Both the position numbers and the translations under genes were made by a program. Below, piece after piece: positions 32,945 through 45,755 of a stretch of DNA of 64,000 nucleotides. The DNA comes from an uncultured Gemmatimonadales bacterium (GTDB lineage: Bacteria; Gemmatimonadota; Gemmatimonadetes; Gemmatimonadales; GWC2-71-9), in NCBI GenBank assembly GCA_963796335.1, contig CAWCLG010000003.1, positions 129,795 through 193,794 on the forward strand, in the 5' to 3' direction. Positions within the stretch are counted from its first letter, which is position 1; the number at the start of each line of letters is the position of its first letter. Under the pieces are notes generated by a model, which worked only from the letters and a program-made list of their open reading frames with translations, ran no database searches and had not been told where the DNA came from.

Positions 32945-34895
32945 CGCTAGCCGGCGGGCGAAGCACCACTGCCGCCTCGCCGAGGCGAACCGGCCATCGG
33001 AGCGTGAGCGACTCACCCTGCCTCGTGCGGTCGAGTCCGCGCTCCGATTTCGCGACCGTCTCGATGTCGAAGCGCCACGGCTCCGCGGCCGGGCGTGGCT
33101 CTCCGGCTCGAGTGGGCCGGCGAGCGAGATCTCGGTGGCGAAGCGATCGTCCGGCGCCCGACGCGCCTGGATCCCAGGCGTAGCGCACCGTCATCTCCCC
33201 CTCGCTCGCGAAACCGGATACAGCTTGGCCAGCCGCTCGCGCCCCTCGCCGGTCGCGCAGGCGATCTCCAGCGCGCCCCGCCGCCGCTGCACCGCGTAGT
33301 CGAACGCCGCGCGGGCCCAGGAGTGCACCGGCCGGTAGTCTCCGCTGCGCGTACGTCCTCCACGCCGAGCGAGCCGGGCAGCACGCGCTCGAGCAGGAGC
33401 GCCCGATCCTCCGGCGTCGAGCGGCGGGCGAGCGTCCAGCCGGATGCCCTCCTCGATGTCGTGGATGCTGGCCGTGCCCCCGTCCCCGTGCCCCGCTTCG
33501 GCCGCGGCGCGCTCCAGCGCCAGGTCGTGGTACGCCTCGCGCCGGCGGGTCAGCACGTTGGCGTAGTTGATCCCGGTCGCGGAACACGGTGTACTCCTCG
33601 ATCGCCGCGCCGCGCACCGGGCTCACGAGCGCGGAGAAGAGCTCGGAGTGGACCCAGATCTCCTGGTGCCCGTCGCCGTCGAAGTCGAGCACCTCCCACG
33701 CCAGCCCCTTGCCCCGGCGCAGCTCGCCCTCGGCCAGCGCCAGCTCGCGCCAGATGGCGTCGCGGAGGTGCGGGAGGTAGAGCCCGCCGAACACGCCGTG
33801 CCAGTAGGCGTCGTTGCACTGGGCCCGGCCGATGGCGCGGCGGGCCTCCGGCGGGATTCCCCTTGCGGCGGCAGAGCGCGGAGAGCGCCTGCATCTTCTT
33901 GTGCATCCGGTTCGACTCGGAGTACTTGACGAGGAAGTTCCGCCAGTGCGCGCCCCGGACCAGCGCGCCGTCGGGACCCGCGACGCGCGCCTCGCCCATG
34001 TCGTGCTGCAGACGGTGCGAGCCGGAGCGCGGCGTCCGGCGGGAGCGACCAGCCCTCCATCTCGGTGTAGGACGCGGTCGGCAGATAGGCGAGCCCGTTG
34101 CTCGGCACCTCGGCGAGCGCCTCGTCCAGCCGGCTCGAGCCGCACCTCGCCGCTCTCCACCAGCGCGCCGACGGCCGTCCATGAACTGGTCGAGCCAGCC
34201 ACGCTCGTAGACCCACTCCTTGGTGCCGGGCCAGCCGCCGAACTTCTCGCCGTCGTCGGCCAGCACCGCGAGCCGGTGCCCGGCGCCGCGCAGCTCGCGG
34301 AGGTAGTGCGCCGTCTCCTCCGGCGGGCGGAAGGGGATCAGGTAGCGGAGCCGCTCGTCGATCGGGAACAGCGCCACCCGCCGCCCGTCGCTCTCGGTCC
34401 AGAAGGGCGCGTGCAGCCGCTCGCTCTCGAAGCCGGTGGCCAGGAAGTGGCGGTCGTCCACCAGCGCGTAGCGCGACGCCGGCGTCGGCGAGATCGGCGG
34501 CCAGCTCGGGCTCCCAGACCCGCTCGGTGAGCCAGAGCCCGCTGGCGTCCACCCCGAAGCGGCGCCGCACCGCCTCGTGCATCCAGCGGATCTGCTCGAC
34601 CCGGTCGGCCCGGGGCAGCGAGGCGAGCACCGGCTCGTAGAGGCCCGAGAGCAGCATCTCGATCTTGCCGTCGGCGGCGAGCGGCCCAGCCGATCGAGAT
34701 AGGCGGGCTCGTGCTGCTCCAGCCACTCGAGCAGCGGCCCGGAGAGATGCAGGACGACCGGGAAGAAATCCGCGGCCCGCGCAGCCGGTCGAGCAGCGGC
34801 CGGTAGACGTCCTCCACGTGCTGGGCGAAGACGTGGTCGAAGTTGCCGACCGGCTGGTGGAGGTGCAGTCCGAAGACGAAGCGGATCGGGTCCAT
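32945..34895 (-). pseudogene. GH57-family alpha-glucan enzyme with C-terminal DUF1925/DUF1926-type regions (amylase/4-alpha-glucanotransferase-like). Frame is interrupted and the 3' end is approximate.
   Basis: MDPIRFVFGLHLHQPVGNFDHVF, LLSGLYEPVLASLP, GLWLTERVWEP, VLADDGEKFGGWPGTKEWVY, YLPTASYTEMEGWSLPP, AQCNDAYWHGVFGGLYLPHLR. Confidence 0.75.
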
Positions 34896-34898
34896 CGA

Positions 34899-36610
34899 TC
34901 AGCGTAAGACCAGGGAGCGGGAGCCGCCGAGCGCCGCGGCGACGGCGGAGAGGACGTCAGGGAAGAGATCGTCGCGCCGGGCCAGCTCTTCGGCCCGGCG
35001 TCTGGGCGCGCGGCGAGCCGGTCCTCGCCGCCGGGCGCGAGCGCCGCGAGCAGCGCCTCCGCGTCGTCGCAGTGCTCCCGTGAAGCGCCGCTCGGCGTAG
35101 TCCGCCGCGGCGCCGGTGGAGATGATGAACTGCCAGTCGGACGACTGGGCCAGGAGCAGCTCGCGCGCCGCCTGGGCGAGCACCGGCCGCGCGGCGGGAT
35201 CGGCCAGCGCCGCGGGCGCCGCGTCCCAGAACGCTTCCTCCAGCGGCCAGAGCCGCTCCCAGGTCCAGACCGTCGCGGTCGTTGAGCCACATGCTGAAAT
35301 CGCCGTTGGCGCCCCACGAGCCCGAAGGCGAGCCGGATCGGCTGCCGGGCCGGGTGATCGGCGAGATGCCGGGACGCGGTGACCGGGCGGACGCCGCGGT
35401 CGTCGCGCGCGAGCGCGCGATAGACCGACGCCGAGCCAGTCGGGTCCCTCGAACCACCAGTGCCCGAACAGCTCGGTATCGAACGGCGCGACGATGACAC
35501 CGTCGCGCTGCTGCCGCTCGACCGTCGGCGATCTCCGCCGAGCAGGCCGGCGAAGTGCTCGGCGTGCTCGCCCGGCGCGCTGCGAGCGCGGCCGCCGGGA
35601 TCGTAGGGCTCCTTGCCGCCGAGGTCCACGTCGCCGCCGGTCACCCGCCAGAGCTTGAGGCCGCCGGGCCAGCGCATCTTGTGGAACTCGAGATACGCCC
35701 CGTCGCCCGGGATAGCCCTGGTACCGGCTCCACACCTGCATCGACGAGCGGGGGTCCCGCACCAGCGCGGCGATGCCCTCCGCGGCCTGCGCGTGCGCGA
35801 CCTGGTAGGCGGCGTAGGGCGAGCGGTGCGCGATGCCGTCGGCGCTCCCGCCGGGCCGGTGCAGCGTCGGATCGCCGCCGGGATCGCCGTAGATGCCGAG
35901 CGGACGGCCCGCGGACGCGAGGTGCGAGTCCACGAAGAAGTAGCGGAAGCCGGCGTCGCTCACGTGCTCCTCGATCCCGCGGCGGATGCCGGCGCGCGGC
36001 GCGCGTCGCGCCACGGCTGCCAGGGCCCGCGCGGCCGGTAGGCGCACTCGGGCAGCCAGACGCCCTGCGGGCATCGCGGCCGAACAGCCGGCGGTGCTCG
36101 GCCCGGCCGACGGCGAGCTGGAGGCGGATGCTCTCGTCGCGCGCGAGCAGCGGGAGGAAGCCGTGGGTCGCGGCGGAGGCGATGGTCTCGAGCCGCCCGC
36201 GCTGCTCGAGGGCGCGCAGCGCGGCGACGATGTCGCCGCCGATCTCGTGGAAGAGCCGGCGCAGGCGGGTGCAGCCGCTCGCGCCAGAAGTCCACCAGCG
36301 GAAGCAGGTGCGCCTTCGCCGGTCGCGGCGAGCGAGGCGGGCGCCTCGTCGCAGGTCAGCGAGCCGCTGGGCGAAGAACGCCTCCATCTCCGCGACGAAC
36401 GCGGGGCTGGCGAGCTGGTTGGCGAGCACCGGCGTGACGCCGATGGTGACGGGCGCGGGGATCCGGTCGGCCTCGAGCGGCGCGGAGCTGCTCGATCAGC
36501 GGGAGGTAGGTGTCGAGCGCGGCCTCGCAGAGCCAGTCGCTGCCGTGCGGCCACCGGCCGTGGTTCAGGACGTAGGGCAGGTGGCTGTGGAGCGCGAGCA
36601 CGAAGTCCAT
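34899..36610 (-). pseudogene. GH57-family 1,4-alpha-glucan branching enzyme-like protein (GH57 plus DUF1957-type). Frame is interrupted.
   Basis: MDFVLALHSHLPYVLNHGRWPHGSDWLCEAALDTYLPLIE, ATHGFLPLLARDESIRLQL, FRYFFVDSH, APFDTELFGHWWFEGPDWL, LLLAQSSDWQFIISTGAAADYAERRF. Confidence 0.75.
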
Positions 36611-36621
36611 CGGGACGTGCC

Positions 36622-38113
36622 TTATCGCATGGCGGCGTAGGCGATGGCGCGGCGGTAGACCTCGAGGTACTGGTCCACCGAGCGCTCCCAGCTGAAGTCG
36701 CGGGCCATTCCGCGGCGCACCATCGCCTGCCACTTGGCGGACTCGGCGTAGCCGCGGAGGGCGCGGAAGCCGGCCTCCTGGAACGCCTCCGGCGGTGTAG
36801 CCGTCGAAGGCGAAGCCGGTGACCCCGTCCTCGACCGTGTCGGCGAGGCCGCCGACGCGGCGCACGATCGGCGGGGCGCCGTAGCGCTGGGCGCGCATCT
36901 GGGTGAGGCCGCAGGGCTCGTAGAGCGACGGCATGAGGAAGATGTCGGCCCCCGCCATCAGCCGGTGCTCCAGCCGGTCGGTGAAGTCGAGCTGCACCCC
37001 GATCCGGTTGGGCGCGGCCGTGGCCAGCTCGACCAGCGCGTGCTCGTAGCGCGGATCGCCGCTGCCGAGGAAGACGAACTGCGCGTCGCTGCCGAGCAGC
37101 TCGCGCGCGCCGAGGATGAGGTCGAGCCCCTTCTGGGTGCACCAGGCGGCCGGTCATCCCGAAGAGCGGCGCCCGCCGGCGCTGCGGCAGCCCGAACGAG
37201 CGCTGCAGCGCCGCCTTGCAGCGCCGCTTGCCCTCCAGCTTCTCGGCGGAATACTGCGCGGTGATCTGGGTGTCGGTGGCGGGATTCCAGATCCGCTGGT
37301 CGATGCCGTTGAGCACGCCGACCAGCCGGTCGCCCAGCGCGACGAAGAGGTGGTGCAGGCCGAAGCCGCCGCCCGGCGGTGCGCAGCTCCTTGGCCTGGG
37401 TCGGGCTCACCGTGGTCACCGAGTCGGCGAACACCAGCGCCGCCCTTCAGGAAGTTCACCTTGCCGTACCACTCGAGCTGCTGCCAGTTGTACAGCTCCC
37501 ACGGCAGGCCGATCTCGGGCATCGCCTCGGGGCCGAAGTGGCCCTGGTAGCCGGGATTGTGCACCGAGACCACGGTGGTCGCGTCGCGGGCGTAGCGCTC
37601 CTGGCTGAGGATGGTGCGGAGGTAGACCGGCGCGAGCGCGGTGTGCCAGTCGTGGGCGTGCAGCAGGATCGGACCCTGCGACCAGGCGGGGCAGCGCCGT
37701 CATCGCCGCGAGCGCGAAGAAGGCGAACCGCCGGTGGTTGTCGGGGTAGTCGGCGCCGCTCTCGCCGTAGATGCCGTGGCGGTTGAAGTAGTCGAGGTGC
37801 TCGATGAAGATACACCTGCGGTCCGCGTCGGCGGCCCGGCGACGCCGGAAGATCGCGGGCCTCCTCGTGCCGGGTCGCCGAGCGTGCACCACGAACGGCT
37901 GGCCCGACCGGCTCCAGGTCGGGGTCCTCGTCGCGGACGGTGCGGTAGAGCGGGCAGGATCGCCGTGACGTCGAGCCCGGCGGCGTGCTGGAAGTTGGCG
38001 AGGCCCGCGACCGCCTCCGCGAGCCCGCCGGTGCGGGCGTAGGGGAAGTACTCCGCCGTGACGTGGACGATCGAGACGGGCTCGCCGCCCGGCGTGGTCA
38101 CCAGGCTGGCCAT
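36622..38113 (-). pseudogene. glgA: Glycogen synthase (GT5). Frame is interrupted several times.
   Basis: [37 protein letters not shown] (hand-translated), NPGYQGHFGPEAMPEIGLPWELYNWQQLEWYGKVNFLKGG, NGIDQRIWNPATD, ADIFLMPSLYEPCGLTQMRAQRYGAPPIVRRVGGLADTV. Confidence 0.85.
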
Positions 38114-38124
38114 CGAGTCGGGCC

Positions 38125-40288
38125 TCATCCGGTGGGCGGATCGTCGCCGGCCGCTTCGCCGCGGATCGCGGGCGCGTAGTACTCCTGCACGTAGTTCTGG
38201 ACCATCCGCCGGGCGGTGAAGTGCGAGCCGGCGAGCCGGAGCGCGTGGCGCATCTTGTCCACCCAGCCGATGGGCACGCCGGCGTCGTTGCGGGTGTGGT
38301 AGAGCGGGACCACCTGCTCCTCCAGCAGCCGGTAGAACCGCTCGACGTCGGCGGCGTCGGCGTCCTCGGTGTCGCCCGCGGGCGAGATGGCCCAGCCGCT
38401 GAGCCCGTCGAAGCCCTCCTGCCACCAGCCGTCGAGCGTGCTGAGCTGGGGCACGCCGTTGAGCGCCGCCTTCATCCCGCTGGTGCCCGACGCCTCCAGC
38501 GGCACCCGCGGCAGGTTGATCCAGACGATCCACGCCCTGCACCAGCAGGTGGGCGAGGTGCATGTCGTAGTCTTCCAGGAACGCCACCCGGCCCTCGAAC
38601 TCGGGGTCGCGGGTGAACTGGTAGACGCTCTGGAGCACTTCCTTGCCCGGGTTGTCGGCCGGGTGCGCCTTGCCGGCGAAGATGATCTGCACCGGCCGCC
38701 GCTGGTCCACCAGCAGCCGCCGCAGCCGGTCGAGATCGCGGAAGATCAGGTTGGCGCGCTTGTAGGTGGCGAAGCGGCGGGCGAAGCCGAGGGTGAGCGC
38801 GGTGGGATCGAGCAGGGTGCCGGCGCCCGCCACCTGGGCCGCCTCCTTGAACCGGCTGGGCGAAGCGGCGGCGCGCGTCCTCCCGGATCCGGGTGGCGAG
38901 CACCTGCTTGAGCCGGACGTGCGCGGCCCAGAACTTGCCGTGATCGAGCGTGAGCACCCGGTCCCAGAAGCCCGGCTCGTCGAGCCGGTCGCCCCAGTCG
39001 GCGCCGACGTGCTCGTCGAGCAGCTCCATGATCGGGCGTCGCCATCCAGGTGGCGAGGTGGACGCCGTTGGTCACGTGGCCGACCGGCACCGCCTCCCAC
39101 GGGCCGGCCGGGCCAGAGGTCGCGCCACAGGTTCCGCGACACCTGGCCGTGGCGGCGGGAGACGCCGTTCACCCGGGCCGACATCCGCATGGCGCAGACG
39201 GTCATGTGGAACTGGCCCTCGATCGACGGGATGCTTGCCGAGGCTGGAAGAGCGTCTCGCGGTCGATCCCCATCTCCTCCCAGATCGGACCGGCGCACGC
39301 CTCCAGCGCCTCGACGGCGAAGGCGTCGTGTCCCGCGGGCACCGGCGTGTGGGTGGTGAACACGCTGTGGGCCCGCACCTGGCGGATCGCCTCGTCCAGC
39401 GGCATGCCGGCCACGAGCAGCTCGCGGAGCCGCTCGACCATCATGAAGGCGGCGTGGCCCTCGTTGGCGTGCCAGACGGCGGGATCGATGCCCAGCGCGC
39501 GCAGCACCCGCACGCCGCCGACGCCGAGGATCCACTCCTGCCGCACGCGGAGGTCGGGGCCGCCGGCGTAGAGCTTGTTCATCAGGCCGCGGTCGTCCGG
39601 ATGGTTGAGCTCGAGATTGGTGTCCAGCAGGTAGATCGGCACCCGGCCCACCATCATGCGCCAGGCGCGCACGTGGACCGGCCGGCCGGAGGTCTCCACC
39701 GTCGGTGAGGTAAGGGCTTGCCCTGCGGGCCGCTCACCGGCTCGAGCGGCGTGAGCGAGATGTCGTACTCGTCGTCGCTGTCCTCCTGCCAGCCGTCGAG
39801 CCGGAGCCGCTGGTCGAAGTAGCCCTTCATGTACATGAGGCCGACGCCGACCAGCGGGATGCCGACGTCGCTCGCGGCCTTGCAGTGGTCGCCGGCGAGC
39901 ACGCCGAGGCCGCCGGAGTAGATCGGCACCGAGCTGTGGAGCCCGAACTCGGCGCAGAAGTAGGCCACCGGCCGGCCGTCGAGCTCGCCGTAGTTGCCGG
40001 TGGAACCAGGTGTCGCGGCTCGAGGTCTCGTGCTGCATCCGCACCATGACCTCGTCGTAGCGGCGGAGGAAGTCGGCTGTCGCTGGCGCAGGCCGCGATC
40101 CGCTCGGGATCCACCCGGCAGAGCAGCTCCAGCGGATTGTGCCGGGTCATGCCCCAGAGGGCGGCGTCGATGCTGCGGAACAGGCCGCGGGCCTCGCGAT
40201 TCCAGCTCCACCAGAGGTTCTTCGCCAGCGGGGCGAGCCCTTCGATGCGAGCGGGGAGATACGGGATGTGCGTGCTATGGGAAGTCAT
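38125..40288 (-). pseudogene. glgP: Alpha-glucan family phosphorylase (GT35). Frame is interrupted several times.
   Basis: [145 protein letters not shown]. Confidence 0.85.
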
Positions 40289-40334
40289 AGCGCACAGATA
40301 GTTGGGCAGGGTTGGCGAATGGAGGCTTCGCGAA

Positions 40335-40366
40335 GGGGCAGGCGGGCGGGCGGGCAGGCGGGCAGG
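40335..40366. repeat. G-rich octamer tract (GGGCAGGC/GGGC units) in the glgP / reductase divergent intergenic region
   Basis: GGGGCAGGCGGGCGGGCGGGCAGGCGGGCAGG has five runs of G3 or longer on the + strand, about 45 nt upstream of the ATG at 40412. Confidence 0.6.
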
Positions 40367-40411
40367 ATTGGAGACAGCCGGGCAGCGGACGGACCGCAAA
40401 AGGGAGTCATC

Positions 40412-41089
40412 ATGAAAATCGGAATTCTGGGCTCGGGGAACATGGGCGGGCGCTGGGACGGCGGTTCGCCGAGGCGGGTCACAGCGTCACCTACAGCTTC
40501 TCCCGCGACAAGGCCAAGCTTGCGCGGCTGGCGCGGCAGAGCGGCCCCCGGGCGAAGCCGGGAACGCCCGCGGAAGCGGTGCGAGGCGCGGACGCAGTGC
40601 TGATCGCGGTCCCGTGGCACCAGATGCCGAAGGTGCTGCGGCAGGCGGGAGCCTCCGGGGAAAGGTGCTCATCGACTGCACCCTGCCGATGAACCGGAAG
40701 GACACCGAGCTCGCGGTCGGATTCCGGACATCGGCGGGGAGCAGATCGCGCGCCGAGCCCGGGGGGCGCGAGTGGTGAAGGCATTCAACACCATCCCGGC
40801 CGAACTGCTGCGCGCGGGGCCGGAGGTGCTGACGGGCAAGCCCTCGGTGTGCCATTGCGGCGATGCGCCGTCGGCCAAGCGGATCGTCGCGCGGTTGATC
40901 CGGCAGATGGGCTACGAGCCCGTGGACTGCGGGAAGCTGGCGATGGCGAGGTACCTGGAGCCGATGACGCTGGTGGTGGCGGAGCTGGCGTACGAGCAAG
41001 GGAGACGGCCGGAGGTGGGGGTGACGTTCTTGAGGCGGGGCAGGGGGGCAGCGGGGCAGCGGGGCAGGAGGAAGCGCAGCGGTCGCTGA
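40412..41089 (+). pseudogene. NADP oxidoreductase, coenzyme-F420-dependent family (NADPH-dependent F420 reductase-like Rossmann protein). Frame is interrupted and the C-terminus runs into a repeat.
   Basis: MKIGILGSGNMG..ALGRRFAEAGHSVTYSFSRD, GADAVLIAVPWHQMPKVL, GKVLIDCTLP, VVKAFNTIPAELL, VCHCGDAPSAKRIVARLIRQMGYEPVDCG. The tail RGRGAAGQRGRRKRSGR is encoded by GGGGCAGC repeats. Confidence 0.7.
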
Positions 41090-41177
41090 GATACTGAGCG
41101 CAGCGAGAGACCTTGCACGGCCAGCTACGAACTCGGCCCGGCAAGATCCCTCGCTTGCGCTCGGGATGACAGGTGGC

Positions 41178-42933
<1,756 letters not shown>

Positions 42934-42944
42934 GGGGGGGCAAC

Positions 42945-42977
42945 ATAACCAAAAGGGCGTCCCAGCGGGGACGCCCT
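42945..42977 (-). terminator. Intrinsic-terminator-like hairpin between SWIB and ettA
   Basis: Minus strand AGGGCGTCCC-cgct-GGGACGCCCT followed by TTTTGGTTATGTT. It ends 17 nt before the ettA ATG. Confidence 0.55.
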
Positions 42978-42989
42978 CGGAGGTCGGAG

Positions 42990-43360
42990 GTGAAGAAGGA
43001 TAGCTGAGGTGGCGGTTCACCAGCTTGGTCATGTCGAACATGGTGACCTGGCTCTTGCCGCCGAAGACCGGGCGGAGCTTCTCGTCCGCGTTGATCGCGC
43101 GCCGGTTCTTGGAATCCTGCAGGCCGTTCCGCTTGATGTAGGCCCACAGCTTCTTGGTGACTTCGGTGCGCGGCAGGGGGCTCGACCCGACCACCGCCGC
43201 GAGGGCGGCGCTGGGCTGCATCGGCTTCATGAACGCCGCGCTCGGCGTCCGCTTCTTGCCGGCCTTCTTCGTCGCCTTCTTCCGCGCGGTTGCCTTTCTC
43301 GGCGGGCTTACGGGCGCTCTTCTTGGCGGACTTCTTGGCTGCCTTCTTCTTGGTGGCCAT
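42990..43360 (-). pseudogene. SWIB/MDM2-domain protein with a Lys-rich N-terminus. It has one apparent frameshift, and no stop codon is present before ettA.
   Basis: [22 protein letters not shown]... then [76 protein letters not shown]. The 3' limit is set by homology expectation only. Confidence 0.7.
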
Positions 43361-43506
43361 CGCGTCTCTCCCAGTGATTGTGAGGACCTTGCGTGCCGAC
43401 GTACCGCAGAACTCCCGTGAGAAACAGTACACAGTCAGCCCGGTACATGCAATAGGGAAATGTGGGTTTTTCCCCCGGGGAAAGCGGGGAAAAGTGTACG
43501 CCGATG

Positions 43507-44802
43507 TCACCTCATCCGAGCAGCCTTCTCCACCTCGCGCAGGTCCGGCTCGATCTCCACCGGGCGGTTGGCGCCCGGGGGAGGAGGCTCGGTCTCAGTG
43601 TGATACCTGAGGAGCACGCCGGGATCCTTGAGCACGTGGCCCGTGAGCACCGCCACCACCCGGTGCCCCCGATGGACGAACCCCCGGCGGACCAGCGTGC
43701 GCACCCCGGCGGCGCTCGCCGCGCTGGCGGGCTCGCAGCCCACCCCGGCGGCATCGATCGCCGCCTTCGCCTCGAGAATCTCTTCGTCGCCCACCGCGAG
43801 CACGACGCCGTTCGTCTCCTGAATCGCCCGCACCGCGCGGTCGTGCGAGGCGGGGTTCCCGATGCGGATGGCGGTCGCCACGGTCTCGGGCTCGACCTGG
43901 TAGCGCTGCTTGAAGCCCTCCGCGAAGCTCCGCGCGAAGGGCGCCGCGCCCGCCGCCTGCACCGCCGCGAGCCGCGGCATCCGGTCGATCAGCCCCCAGG
44001 CCCGCGCCTCCCGCAGCGCTTTGCCGAAGGCGGCGGTGTTCCCCAGGTTGCCGGCGGGGAGCACGATCCAGTCGGGCGGATCCCAGCCGAGCTGCTGGAG
44101 CAGCTCCAGCACGATGGTCTTCTGCCCTTCGATCCGGAACGGGTTGATCGAGTTCAGGAGATAGACGCCCAGCTTCTCGCTCGCCTCCTCGACCAGGCGG
44201 AGGCAGTCGTCGAAGCCCGCCGCGGCACGAGCAGCGTGCGCGCGCCGTAGGCGAGCGACTGCGCCAGCTTCCCCTGCGCGATGTGGCCCGCCGGCACCAG
44301 CACCAGAGCGGGAAGCCCCGCCTGCGACGCGTACGCGGCGAGCGACGCCGAGGTGTTGCCGGTAGAGGCGCACGCCACCGCGCGAGCGTCGATCCGCTTC
44401 GCCTGGGTGACGCCCACGGTCATCCCCCGGTCCTTGAACGAGCCGGTGGGATTGTAGCCCTCGTGCTTGAAGAGGAGCCCGCCGAGCCCGGTCCACACGT
44501 CGAGCGCGTCCCGGTGGATCAGCGGGCGTGTTGCCCTCGGGATGGGAGACGATGTGCTGCGCCGAGGGGAGGACGAACTCGCGGAAGCGCCAGACCCCGG
44601 ACGCGGCAAGCCCCGGCTGTTGGCCCCGGCGCTCGGTGAACCGCGAGAGCAGCTGGGCGCCGGCCGGCGTCGGCGGGCGGTGCACGACCTCCAGCAGGCC
44701 GCCGCACGTCGGGCAGCGGGAACGCGGATCCGTCTCCGGAAGCTCGTTCCCGCAGGAGAGGCAGGTCTGCCAGGTCGCCGGGCGCTCAATCTCGAAGCTC
44801 AT
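43507..44802 (-). pseudogene. thrC: Threonine synthase with two compensating frameshifts (about 44525 and 44225)
   Basis: MSFEIERPATWQTCLSCGNELP...CPTCGG. The middle part, in a second frame, reads LLFKHEGYNPTGSFKDRGMTVGV...ACASTGNTSASLAAYA. Then GFDDCLRLVEE...VLPAGNLGNTAAFGKAL. Its ATG overlaps the thrB stop (ATGA). Confidence 0.9.
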
Positions 44803-45755
44803 CGCTCGCTGCCTCCCTCTCGCTCTACCGTGGCGCCGGAACGATCCACCGGCGCGGTGCGCACCCGGCACTCCGCGCCGCCCGCGCGGTACGCCTTCCC
44901 CATCGCGTCCGCGATCCGCTCCGCGCTCTCCGGGCCGCGGGCCAGGGCGAACGCCGTCGGTCCGCTCCCCGAGATCGAGCTGCCGAGCGCGCCGGCCGCG
45001 AGCGCGGCGGCTTTCGCCGCGGCGAACCCCGGCAGCAGCCCGGCGCGGGCCGGCTCCGCGATCCGGTCATCCACCGAGCGGCCGAGCAGATCGTAGTCGC
45101 CGGTGGCGAGCGCCGCGACCATCGCGGCGACGTGGGCCGCCTGGTGCAGCGCGACCTCGCGGGAGACCTGCTTCGGCAGCACGGCCCGCGCCTCCGCGGT
45201 CCGCATCCGCTGGTCGGGTCGCGCCAGCACGACGTAGAGCTCCGACGGCACCGGCAGCCGCACCACGTCGAGCGGATCCAGCGAGCGGATCAGCACGATC
45301 CCCCCGAGCAGCGAGGGGGCGATGTTGTCGGCGTGCCGGCCGGCGACGGCCTCCTCCGCGTCGAGGCAGACCTCGATCAGCTCCGCAGGCCCGAGCGGAT
45401 CGCCGAGCAGCGCGTTCATCGCGACGGCGCCGGCGACCGCCGAGGCGGCGCTCCCGCCCTGGCCGCCGGAGAGCGGGAGCCCCTTGATCACCGAGAGCCC
45501 CACACCCCGTCCGCGCGCCAGCCCGGCGCCGGCGCGCTGGAGCACCGCGAGCGCGGCGAGTCCCGACGTGTGCCGCTCCGCCTGGCTCGGCAGATCGGGA
45601 TGTCCCGGGTCGAGCATCCGGATCCCCGGCTCCTCGAGCCACTCGGCGCGCACCCTGTCGCCGTCGCCGGCGACCGCGAGGCCGAGGATGTCGAGTCCCG
45701 GCCCGACGTTTCCGATGCTTCCGGGCGCGAACGCCGTGGCCGCCGTGAGGCTCAT
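44799..45755 (-). CDS. thrB: Homoserine kinase (GHMP family), intact, 318 aa
   Basis: MSLTAATAFAPGSIGNVGPGLDILGLAV, GLPLSGGQGGSAASAVAGAVA, SGSGPTAFAL. Its ATG overlaps the thrA stop (ATGA at 45752-45755). Confidence 0.9.
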   Translation of the reverse strand: MSLTAATAFAPGSIGNVGPGLDILGLAVAGDGDRVRAEWLEEPGIRMLDPGHPDLPSQAERHTSGLAALAVLQRAGAGLARGRGVGLSVIKGLPLSGGQGGSAASAVAGAVAMNALLGDPLGPAELIEVCLDAEEAVAGRHADNIAPSLLGGIVLIRSLDPLDVVRLPVPSELYVVLARPDQRMRTAEARAVLPKQVSREVALHQAAHVAAMVAALATGDYDLLGRSVDDRIAEPARAGLLPGFAAAKAAALAAGALGSSISGSGPTAFALARGPESAERIADAMGKAYRAGGAECRVRTAPVDRSGATVEREGGSER

